Below, piece after piece: positions 18,198-26,021 of a DNA stretch of 35,271 nucleotides. The stretch's first letter is position 1, and each line of letters opens with the position of its first letter. This stretch comes from a virus. Its lineage: Duplodnaviria > Caudoviricetes. The stretch spans positions 1-35,271 of the IMG/VR virus record IMGVR_UViG_3300037047_000137; one strand, given 5' to 3'. The notes under the pieces were generated by a model. That model made no database searches. It was not told where the DNA came from and was given only the letters and a program-made list of their open reading frames with translations. The translations under genes and the position numbers were made by a program.

Positions 18198-18268
18198 GTC
18201 GAACCATCGCCTGCACCGTATTCCTCACTCGCGGCGGGTTCGAAATCCGGTGAGGCGTGACGTTGGGA
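18198..18268 (+). other. attC recombination site (71 bp, canonical)
   Basis: R'' GTCGAAC, 5 nt, L'' CCTGCACC (extra G), a self-complementary centre, L' GGTGAGG, 6 nt, R' GTTGGGA. Confidence 0.9.
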
Positions 18269-18328
18269 ACTGGAAGAAATGAACACAGACAAAGCCATAC
18301 GTGATCCGCGAAAGCGCAATCAGTCCGT

Positions 18329-18360
18329 TCCAAACCTGCCGCTGAGCCCAGACGTTAGCC
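18329..18360 (+). other. Internally deleted attC site
   Basis: R'' TCCAAAC, 5 nt, GCTGAGC, 6 nt, R' GTTAGCC. The L'' and L' boxes appear fused through a shared GCTG. Confidence 0.65.
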
Positions 18361-18415
18361 CAATAGCACTCAAGGCAACCGATGATCACAGGACAGAAAG
18401 CGAAGGGAAGCGTAA

Positions 18416-19516
18416 ATGGTACCGGGTAAGCCGCTGAACCGAAGCCTGCACGCCGCCAGGGCGGCCAAGCAGGACGAGTTCTATACCCAGCTTTCCGACA
18501 TCGAGAAAGAGCTTGTCCACTACAAGACGCACTTCGGGGACAAGACTGTTCTGTGTAACTGCGATGACCCGCGCGTCAGCAACTTCTTCAAATACTTCGT
18601 CAACAACTTCGAGAGGCTGGCGCTGAAGAAGCTGATTGCGACGAGCTATCAGAACGACAAGCCCGATCTGTTTAGCCAGCACAAATCAGGCAAGGGCATC
18701 TATTTCAAGTACAGCGGTGAACAGAAGAAGCAGCGTCTTCCCGACCCCGCGAAGATCATGCCTCGCAAACTGCAAGGCGACGGCGACTTCCGCAGCGAGG
18801 AATGCGTCAGCCTGCTCAAGCAAGCCGACATCGTCGTCACCAACCCGCCGTTCTCGTTGTTCAGGGAGTACGTTGGGCAATTGGTTGAGCACGATAAGAA
18901 GTTCGTCATCTTGGCGAATCAGAACACTCTATCAACCAAGGACATTTTCGAACTTGTTCGCAGTAACAAGCTCTGGCTCGGTTACAACAGTGGGGACATG
19001 GCTTTCAGAGTCCCCGGCCACTACGAACCACGAGAGACTCGTTTCTGGGTTGATGAGCACGGTAACAAGTGGAGAAGCTTTGGCACCATGTGCTGGCTCA
19101 CCAACCTTGACATTGCAAAGCGACATGAAGAACTGATTTTGTACAAGAAGTACGATCCGGTAGTGTATCCCACTTACGACAACTTCGATGCTATCGAAGT
19201 CAGTAAGGTCGAAGAAATACCGCTCGACTACAACGGCACCATGGGCGTTCCAGGCGGGTTCCTCACCAAGCACAACCCTGACCAGTTTGAGATTCTTGGA
19301 ATTACGAAGACGTGGTGCGGGATGGCATCGAAGAAATACCCGACACAGATTCAAGTTGATGCCGACGGAAACAGGAGCGAAGTATCTAAACTGAACGACG
19401 GTGCCGTGCTCAGGTCGCCAAGCCGGCCTACTGGCAAGACCCACTACATCGTCGACGGCAAGTATTTCACTCAGACGTACCCGCGCATCCTGATTCGCCG
19501 AAAGGAGCAAAAGTGA
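18416..19516 (+). CDS. Adenine-specific DNA methyltransferase, EcoRI-methylase family
   Basis: AKQDEFYT, VLCNCDDP, GDGDFRSEEC and catalytic VVTNPPFSLFREY. Confidence 0.92.
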   Translation: MVPGKPLNRSLHAARAAKQDEFYTQLSDIEKELVHYKTHFGDKTVLCNCDDPRVSNFFKYFVNNFERLALKKLIATSYQNDKPDLFSQHKSGKGIYFKYSGEQKKQRLPDPAKIMPRKLQGDGDFRSEECVSLLKQADIVVTNPPFSLFREYVGQLVEHDKKFVILANQNTLSTKDIFELVRSNKLWLGYNSGDMAFRVPGHYEPRETRFWVDEHGNKWRSFGTMCWLTNLDIAKRHEELILYKKYDPVVYPTYDNFDAIEVSKVEEIPLDYNGTMGVPGGFLTKHNPDQFEILGITKTWCGMASKKYPTQIQVDADGNRSEVSKLNDGAVLRSPSRPTGKTHYIVDGKYFTQTYPRILIRRKEQK

Positions 19517-20595
19517 AGATCGAACTCCGGGAAATCACGATCGAACAACTGGTCGACGGTTACGAAGACCGGCAGGAATCGGGCGTCGTCGGCTTCGGCG
19601 GGAAACTCGACATTCGCCCGCCTTATCAGCGGGAATTCATTTACAAGGACAAACAGCGCGATGCGGTGATCAACACCGTCCGGAAGGATTTTCCGCTGAA
19701 CGTGATGTATTGGGCGGTGAGAGATGACGGTGGCTTTGAGGTGATTGACGGACAGCAGCGGACGATTGCGGTCTGCCGGTATGTCAACGGCGATTTTTCC
19801 ATCGGCGACATCTATTTTCACAATCTCCAGGACGATCAGCAGGCACAGATTCTCAATTACAAGTGCATGGTCTATTTTTGCTCGGGCACCGACAGCGAGA
19901 AGCTGGAATGGTTCAAAACGATCAACATCGCTGGCGAGAAACTCACCGATCAGGAATTGCGAAATGCGGTCTATCACGGGCCGTGGACGGCGGAGGCCAA
20001 GCGGTATTTCAGCAAGACCGGTTGTCCGGCGTCCGTGATCGGCAGTGATTACGTCGACGGCAGTCCGATCCGGCAGGAGTTTCTAGAGACGGCGATTGAC
20101 TGGCTATCCGAGGGCCAGATCGACAAATACATGTCGGATCACCAACACGACGCGGACGCCAAGCCGCTTTGGGAATATTTTCAGAAGGTCATTGATTGGG
20201 TGAAGGCAACGTTTCCCAACTATCGCCGAGAGATGAAGCACGTTCATTGGGGGCCGCTTTATAACGAGTTCAAGGAAAAGAAGCTGAATGCGGAAAAGTT
20301 GGCAAAAGAAGTCGCCAGGCTAATGGAAGATGACGAAGTGGGAAAGAAGTCCGGGATTTATCCGTATCTGCTGACGAAAGACGAACGACATCTCAACCTT
20401 CGAGCCTTTTCGGATAAGGAGAAGCGCGAGGCATACGAGCGGCAAAAGGGAAAGTGCGTGAAATGCAGGAAGAAGTTCGACATCGGAGAGATGGAGGCGG
20501 ACCACATCAAACCATGGCACGAGGGCGGGAAAACCAACGCGACCAACTGCCAGATGCTTTGCCGGGAAGACAATCGAAGAAAGTCCGGAAAATAG
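19513..20595 (+). CDS. DUF262 (ParB-like/GmrS) plus HNH endonuclease
   Basis: IRPPYQREFIY, VIDGQQRT and FKTINIAG; C-terminal CVKC...EADHIKPWHEGG...NCQMLCREDN. GTGA overlap with the methylase gene. Confidence 0.9.
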   Translation: MKIELREITIEQLVDGYEDRQESGVVGFGGKLDIRPPYQREFIYKDKQRDAVINTVRKDFPLNVMYWAVRDDGGFEVIDGQQRTIAVCRYVNGDFSIGDIYFHNLQDDQQAQILNYKCMVYFCSGTDSEKLEWFKTINIAGEKLTDQELRNAVYHGPWTAEAKRYFSKTGCPASVIGSDYVDGSPIRQEFLETAIDWLSEGQIDKYMSDHQHDADAKPLWEYFQKVIDWVKATFPNYRREMKHVHWGPLYNEFKEKKLNAEKLAKEVARLMEDDEVGKKSGIYPYLLTKDERHLNLRAFSDKEKREAYERQKGKCVKCRKKFDIGEMEADHIKPWHEGGKTNATNCQMLCREDNRRKSGK

Positions 20596-20600
20596 AGAGA

Positions 20601-20679
20601 GGCTAGCAGTCGGCTTCTCTCGTGCGCGAGGCCCACCGCGGGCTTCGCGATTTTTCGATGGTGAAGCGTAGCGTCAGAC
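20601..20679 (+). other. Degenerate attC site closing cassette 3
   Basis: GGCTAGC 5 nt after the stop (GGCTAAC expected), partial L boxes GCTTC/GAAGC, central hairpin CGCGAGGCCC/GGGCTTCGCG, and R'-like GTCAGAC. Confidence 0.55.
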
Positions 20680-20988
20680 CCTCTCCCCCCCCACCTTCCA
20701 CCTCTCGCCGCATTCAGATTCCAGGCACACCCGATACTGCACATTGCCCACCGTCCCGTTGCTGCGCGTGCGCAGCGACCCACACTTCGGGCAACGGACC
20801 CTGGTCGGGAAGCTGTAAACCTCCCCCTGCCGAGGCTGGCCCATATACGTCCTTTCCCCGCAGCACCTACAAATCCTCCACCCCGGCCCGTCTCCTGACA
20901 ACAAGTCCTTGCACCCGCACTTTTGGCAGGCGATCTCTCCCTTCTGCTGCACCTCCGACAGCCTGACAGGCTTCTTTTCCCCGCTCAC
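20674..20988 (-). CDS. Double zinc-ribbon protein (Ogr/Delta-like late regulator candidate)
   Basis: GTG at 20988 overlaps the terminase stop. CQKC..CRCC and CPKC..CLESEC. Confidence 0.65.
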   Translation of the reverse strand: MSGEKKPVRLSEVQQKGEIACQKCGCKDLLSGDGPGWRICRCCGERTYMGQPRQGEVYSFPTRVRCPKCGSLRTRSNGTVGNVQYRVCLESECGERWKVGGERV

Positions 20989-23195
20989 GCCCGCCTCGCC
21001 TTCTGGAGGTCGCTCAGCCTGACCGTCCGGCCGGCGCTGCCCGCCGGGCGTCCGATGGCATCCAGCGACATACCCATGCGCGCCGCCGCGACGTGGCAAC
21101 CCACAAGCACGTCCCACATGTGGTTCTGTCGGCCCGGCTGCACGGTCCATTTCTCGAAAACCTCCCCTGTCTTCTTTGCCTTCGGCGCCGGCCGCTCGCT
21201 GGTGGCTTGCTCGGCAAACGCCCAGTGCTCGCGGTTCCCCTGCCCCCACAGGCTCAGAGACCCCCGCCCGCCTGGGGCGGTCCGGATGCGCTCCGCCGTG
21301 AAGCTCTTCCACCGGTCGACGTTGTAGACCAACAGCCGGGCGTCACGCTCCCTGGTCAGCACGTGGAACCACCCATCACCCCAATCCCGGCGCGGCACGT
21401 TCTGCGGCATCCGGAGTTCCAGTTCCCCGCCCTGTCCCTTGCTGGGCGCCAGGACCGCCGCGTAAGCGCTCCGCCGGCAGAACGCGTACACCGTCCGCGC
21501 TTGCCACCCGGAATCTATCAGGCACAGCCCCAGCCGGAGCTCGCCGCCGCCCTCCACGGCCCAGGCCTGCCCGCAAAGCTGCGCCGTCAACGCCTCCAGC
21601 GCGGTTGTCAGCGCCGCCTCGGTGCCGCCCAGCCGGACCCGGAGCAGCCGGCGCACCCCGTAATCAGCCACATGCCCCCGGAACCCATCGCCAAACGCCA
21701 TCACCCCGTAGTGCAACTGCGGCTTGCGGCAGTCGATGAAGGCGGTGAGCAGCGTCGATCCGTGCGGGCAGATGCCCTTTGCCAGCCCGTTGGCCTTGGC
21801 CAGCACGTCCCGGGGCTCCAGCGGCGCCTCGTCGCCCTCATACTCGTCGAGCGGCGCGTTCTGGAACTCCGCCATGAAGACCTTTTCGCCGCGGTCGATG
21901 AGCAGGTTGTAGGCATGCTGGATTGCCGACAGCTCGTCCGGCTCCCGGCAGTGATCCCAGGAGACCTCCGCCCCCCGGTCCATCTCCGCCTGGTGGGCGC
22001 GGTAGAACTCCGTCGCCTGGCGCACGGCCTCGGCCCGGCCGCCCTGTTCGTCCGGCAGATCCTGCCGGCGCAGCTCCGCGTACTGGCCCAGCCAGAGGCT
22101 TTCATGCCGCTCGGCCCAGCGCCGGATCATCGGCAGCACATCGCCCTGCCACTCCGGGTGCGCCTTGTGGTCAAGCAGCCGGTCAGCCATGTCCCCCTTG
22201 CGGATAATCGTGCAGGCCATGATGGCCGAAAGCTTCTGCGCGTGCCCCGCCAGCCCCAGCACCGCCCCGGTGATAAGCTTTTCCCTGGTCTCGCACTGCG
22301 CCGGACTCGCCGCGGAAAGGTCGGTCTGCGGGTCGTCGATGATCGCAAAGTCCGGCCGCACAACTGCCCCATCCACCCGCTTGAACTTCATGCCGCGCAG
22401 CCGGCCGGTCAGTCCGAAGCTCTTGATCACCACCCCCGCCGATGGCGCCTCGGGGATGAACGGCAGCACCAGCGCGTCCTTGCGCCACTCGATCTTGGTC
22501 GGCTTCCCCTCGGTCGTCTGCCCAGGACAGCGGTGGGCGATGCCCTCCAGCTCGCGGATCGGATGGCAGACCTCCGGAAAATCATCGGCCAGCAGATCGT
22601 TCTCCTCGAACTCGCGCTTCAGCGAGTCGATGATGTCGATCCCCGCCCGCTTGTCCGCCGCGATGATCGGGATGAACCGCCGGTGCCCGTAGACCGCCGC
22701 CCAGGTTACCGCGCCTTCGATCACCGTGGTCTTTCCGAACCCCCGGAAAACAGCCTCGGCAAACAGCCCACCCTCAAGCACGGCGGTCTGTGTCTTCGCC
22801 AGCACGTGCTTGTGATCGTCCGAGAACGGCAGCGGGAAGCTCTCGCGCATGTAGGTCAGGAGGAAGCGCTCCAGGTCCCGCTCGCACGCCTTCCGGCGCT
22901 CCGGGTCCTTCACCGCCGGAATCGGCCCGATGTCCCGGCCGTCCGCCCGGCGCTCGCGCATGACCTCCGCCTGCGTGCGCTCGTCCTTGTGCTTGAGCTT
23001 CTTCCCCTCCAGCAGCAACCGCCGCAGCCAGGCGATGTAGAACAGCAGGTGTATCCGCCCCTTGGTCCCCAGCCTGTACTTGGTCGATTCCTGATGGTAC
23101 CGAATCTGCCGCTCGGTGATCGTCCCCGGCTGCACCGAGTTGACCAGCTCGGCGAGTTGGAGCGAAGACAGGCGATCGGCGGGAACGGTGGCCAT
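20985..23195 (-). CDS. terL: Terminase large subunit with a lambda GpA-like nuclease domain and an N-terminal HTH-like extension
   Basis: Walker A FRGFGKTT, Walker B FAIIDDPQ; nuclease motifs AFIDC, CLIDSG, PSKG and NHMWD. Confidence 0.92.
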   Translation of the reverse strand: MATVPADRLSSLQLAELVNSVQPGTITERQIRYHQESTKYRLGTKGRIHLLFYIAWLRRLLLEGKKLKHKDERTQAEVMRERRADGRDIGPIPAVKDPERRKACERDLERFLLTYMRESFPLPFSDDHKHVLAKTQTAVLEGGLFAEAVFRGFGKTTVIEGAVTWAAVYGHRRFIPIIAADKRAGIDIIDSLKREFEENDLLADDFPEVCHPIRELEGIAHRCPGQTTEGKPTKIEWRKDALVLPFIPEAPSAGVVIKSFGLTGRLRGMKFKRVDGAVVRPDFAIIDDPQTDLSAASPAQCETREKLITGAVLGLAGHAQKLSAIMACTIIRKGDMADRLLDHKAHPEWQGDVLPMIRRWAERHESLWLGQYAELRRQDLPDEQGGRAEAVRQATEFYRAHQAEMDRGAEVSWDHCREPDELSAIQHAYNLLIDRGEKVFMAEFQNAPLDEYEGDEAPLEPRDVLAKANGLAKGICPHGSTLLTAFIDCRKPQLHYGVMAFGDGFRGHVADYGVRRLLRVRLGGTEAALTTALEALTAQLCGQAWAVEGGGELRLGLCLIDSGWQARTVYAFCRRSAYAAVLAPSKGQGGELELRMPQNVPRRDWGDGWFHVLTRERDARLLVYNVDRWKSFTAERIRTAPGGRGSLSLWGQGNREHWAFAEQATSERPAPKAKKTGEVFEKWTVQPGRQNHMWDVLVGCHVAAARMGMSLDAIGRPAGSAGRTVRLSDLQKARRA

Positions 23196-23209
23196 GCGTC
23201 GTTATCCCC

Positions 23210-24031
23210 TCAGCCCGCCTTGGCCGTGCCGACTTCGGCCGATTGCCGCAACGTCTTCCCGTGGACCACCGCGTTGAACTCCGCCAGCAAGTCCTCCCTC
23301 AAGAACTCGAAATGCATGTTGCCGTTGACGAACCACCGGCACCGGACGTACTCGTTGGCGTACTCCCGGCAGGCGCGGTCCTTCATCGCCTGCTTGATCT
23401 GCGTCGGCAGGTCCTCAGGGTAGCGGGCCACCCCTTTGCCATCGAGCATCTTGAAGACCGTATGCAGACTCCGGAGAATCTTTTCGCGGTCGTAATTCAG
23501 GTGCGGGGCCTCGCCCCGTGCCCATGAGTTGACCATCCAAGTCTTGATCACCTTGCGCCCTATCTCGAAGCGCGCGTTCTTCTCGTTTGTCTTGTAGTGG
23601 TCCCAGTTGCCCGGCCGGAGCCATTCCAGGACCTCCGCGCACGCTTCCTTGAACATCTGCGGAAGCTCCTGCATAAAGCTGCGGCAGAGGGCTTCGACGT
23701 TCTCTGCGGTGAACTCCGGCACGTCCGCGCGTTCGATCTGCTCTTCGATCTCCTTCCATCGCGTAGCGCTGCACGCCTCCTGCACCTGCATCTTGGCAAT
23801 GACCCGCCGCCAATGATCTTTCAGGTGTTCCTGCAGGGCATGTTCAAGATCGAAAGTCAGGTCAGAAGCATAGCGCTCGTGCTTCTTGCGAATCTTGACA
23901 GTCCTGCAGCACCGTTCCGCGCACTCATGGAGCTCCCGAATAGCCGCAATCCCGGCGTCGTACTCCGCCACCTGGGAGGCAATGGTCTCTCGCGGCGCAA
24001 GCGTCGGTGGAATGAAGTCGTAAAAACTCAT
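23210..24031 (-). CDS. DUF4942-domain protein
   Basis: PEFTAENV, YKTN, FKMLDGK and RWFVNGNMHFEFLREDLLAEFN motifs. Confidence 0.8.
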   Translation of the reverse strand: MSFYDFIPPTLAPRETIASQVAEYDAGIAAIRELHECAERCCRTVKIRKKHERYASDLTFDLEHALQEHLKDHWRRVIAKMQVQEACSATRWKEIEEQIERADVPEFTAENVEALCRSFMQELPQMFKEACAEVLEWLRPGNWDHYKTNEKNARFEIGRKVIKTWMVNSWARGEAPHLNYDREKILRSLHTVFKMLDGKGVARYPEDLPTQIKQAMKDRACREYANEYVRCRWFVNGNMHFEFLREDLLAEFNAVVHGKTLRQSAEVGTAKAG

Positions 24032-24047
24032 GGTCTCTCCTCCGTTT

Positions 24048-25013
24048 TCATGCGTACTGCACCCAACACACCCCGTGCGCGTGAATCTCCAGCGCCATCA
24101 GCGCCTTCACCGCCATCCGCAGCGTGTAATTGGTCGTGGACACGTCATCCAGTACAAATACCACTTTGCCCAGGATGCCCCTCACCGCCTTCGTGACCTT
24201 GATCTCGGGGTGCGCCGCGAATCTCCCCCGCCGCCGCTTATCCCACGGCTCGGAAACCTGCACGAACGGCACGTCGATGATTTTCGAGAGCTCCCGGCAC
24301 ACCACGTCCATCGGGTGCTCTTTGTCCAGGTTGCGGATGCTCCTCGGCGCCGCGGTGATGGCCTGAATCTTTCCGAAGCGGTCGTTCTTCTCGAAAAACT
24401 CCACGAAGTCGGTCAGCATCATTTCCCCGCACGCGACCGGATCGTCCTCCTTGACGTTGATGAAGTCCGCCCAATCCACCGGGTCCATGTACCGCTTGAG
24501 CTTCAGCGCGAACGATCCCAGCGACACCCGCTTGAGGTGGAACGGCCCCTTGCCCCGCTGCCGGCCCCCGGTCTCCTCCTCGGTCGCTTCGCTCCCGGCC
24601 GGCGCTTCGGGCGCCTTCGGCTCCGCCTCTTTCTCCCCGCCATCGCCCGGAAAGAACAGGCTCGGCCGGATGATCTTCACCGGCAGCCCCGCCCGGCGCG
24701 CCCGCTTGATCGTGTCCCACGTCCCGCCCCGATCTTTCTCCGTGAACGCCACCACCAGGTCCGAATCGTCAACGATCCGCTGATTGCGGGCGTAGTAGGC
24801 CTTCGTGAACTCGTGCCGCTCCTTGCAGCCGGCCAACTCCGGCAGGTGGCTCACCCACTGGAGCCCGCGCCTTTTCGCGCAGCTCACCGCCGCCTCGTCC
24901 ACCCCCTTCGCCCCGCCGCTGACAATCGTCACCCCACCCGGCAGATCGTCGATGAACCACTCCACCAACTTGAGCTGCGGAAACGCCCGTGACCCGACAA
25001 TCCCAACCCTCAT
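24048..25013 (-). CDS. SLOG (YspA/DprA-fold) plus type I phosphoribosyltransferase (ComF-like) fusion
   Basis: ATG at 25013 with a GGAGGG SD. SLOG motifs GIVGSR, IVSGGAKGVD, RNQRIVDDSDLVVAF and GGTWDTI, an acidic linker, then the PRPP loop VFVLDDVSTTNYTL. Confidence 0.82.
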   Translation of the reverse strand: MRVGIVGSRAFPQLKLVEWFIDDLPGGVTIVSGGAKGVDEAAVSCAKRRGLQWVSHLPELAGCKERHEFTKAYYARNQRIVDDSDLVVAFTEKDRGGTWDTIKRARRAGLPVKIIRPSLFFPGDGGEKEAEPKAPEAPAGSEATEEETGGRQRGKGPFHLKRVSLGSFALKLKRYMDPVDWADFINVKEDDPVACGEMMLTDFVEFFEKNDRFGKIQAITAAPRSIRNLDKEHPMDVVCRELSKIIDVPFVQVSEPWDKRRRGRFAAHPEIKVTKAVRGILGKVVFVLDDVSTTNYTLRMAVKALMALEIHAHGVCWVQYA

Positions 25014-25059
25014 TCCCCGGCCCTCCAAACAACTGCACACAGTCTGATGGGTTTGCTCT

Positions 25060-25284
25060 TCATTTCGCCCCGTACCCATGCCGCTTCAGCAGCCATGCCG
25101 TGTACCTCACCAGGTCAACCCGCCCCTTCGCATCCACCGGCGCCCCCGCCCTCACGTCCTGCAATATCAAGTCTTCGGTGATCACCTCTCCGGCCGGCGC
25201 CAGGCGCAGCGCCGCCGCGAGCTGCGCCGGTACCAGCCCCACGGCCTGCTCTGCCTTCGCTCTCCCCCCGCGTCGCTTCGCCAT
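25060..25284 (-). CDS. Small terminase-subunit-like HTH protein
   Basis: 74 aa from ATG 25284, with GAPVDAKGRVDLVRYTAWL. Similar to the TerL N-terminus; the function is inferred. Confidence 0.6.
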   Translation of the reverse strand: MAKRRGGRAKAEQAVGLVPAQLAAALRLAPAGEVITEDLILQDVRAGAPVDAKGRVDLVRYTAWLLKRHGYGAK

Positions 25285-25286
25285 TC

Positions 25287-26021
25287 TCAGATTCCCGGTA
25301 CCGGCCACTTCACCAGCGGGTTGACCGACTCCCGCCCCTTGCGCGTCTCCGCCACCACCGGTCCCCACTTCCGCCGGAAGGTCGCCATCTGCTCGAGCTC
25401 CGCCTCCATCGTCCTGCTCGCCGCGCAGCCGCCCTTCATGTCCAGATGCCCGACCATGTAATGCCAGGCATTGAACCTCAGCACCCGGCGGTACCGGTTC
25501 AGCACCTGCAACGAAAAGTCGTAATCTTCCTTCAACGGCAACCGCTCGTCGAAACGGATGTCCGCCTTCACGATGCCCATGAACGGCCCGAGAATCGGCG
25601 ACAGCAGCGAAAACGGCGAGTACTCCCGATAGAACATCGGGTCGAACTGCTGATTGACTCCCCACAGAACCGTGCCGATCTCCGCCGCCATCCTGAACCC
25701 GTGCTCGATGAAACGTTCGATCTCGGCCGGCGACTTTCTCCGCCTTTCCCCGTTCTCGTACCGCGCAAACGCCGTGCAGTCATCATCGGCCATCACCAGC
25801 CGCTCGGTCCCCGCGTTGTCCAGGATCCAGTTCCTGACCACCGCCATCCCCCGGCCGTTGGCGCTTTCGGGCATCACGAGCATCCTGGTCTTCGGGTGCG
25901 CCCTTCGGTACGCGTCGGCCTCGCTCTTCGCCACGCACAACACCGCCCGCGGGTACACCCTCAAGCTCGGCACTCTCCCCGGCCGGCGGTAGCTCGGGAT
26001 GAACACCTGCCAATCAGACAC
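25287..26021 (-). CDS. GREB1-like / TET-associated glycosyltransferase (GT-A fold)
   Basis: IPSYRRP, RNWILD, MADDD, KEDYDFSLQ, GGC and KWG motifs. The GTG at 26021 overlaps the ParB gene end. Confidence 0.82.
   Translation of the reverse strand: MSDWQVFIPSYRRPGRVPSLRVYPRAVLCVAKSEADAYRRAHPKTRMLVMPESANGRGMAVVRNWILDNAGTERLVMADDDCTAFARYENGERRRKSPAEIERFIEHGFRMAAEIGTVLWGVNQQFDPMFYREYSPFSLLSPILGPFMGIVKADIRFDERLPLKEDYDFSLQVLNRYRRVLRFNAWHYMVGHLDMKGGCAASRTMEAELEQMATFRRKWGPVVAETRKGRESVNPLVKWPVPGI

Larger units (their letters stand above)
17480..20679 (+). mobile_element. Integron-type gene cassette array with no integrase (CALIN-like), inserted antisense in the phage late region
   Basis: Three attC-like sites. 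Each cassette's 5' GTT core is complementary to its own 3' R'' box. Lower GC than the flanks. Confidence 0.8.

Noticed and set aside
18232-18252. tRNA T-arm-like GGGTTCGAAATCC
   Set aside because: It has an extra base compared with the T-loop consensus, there is no cloverleaf around it, and it is explained as the centre of the attC site.
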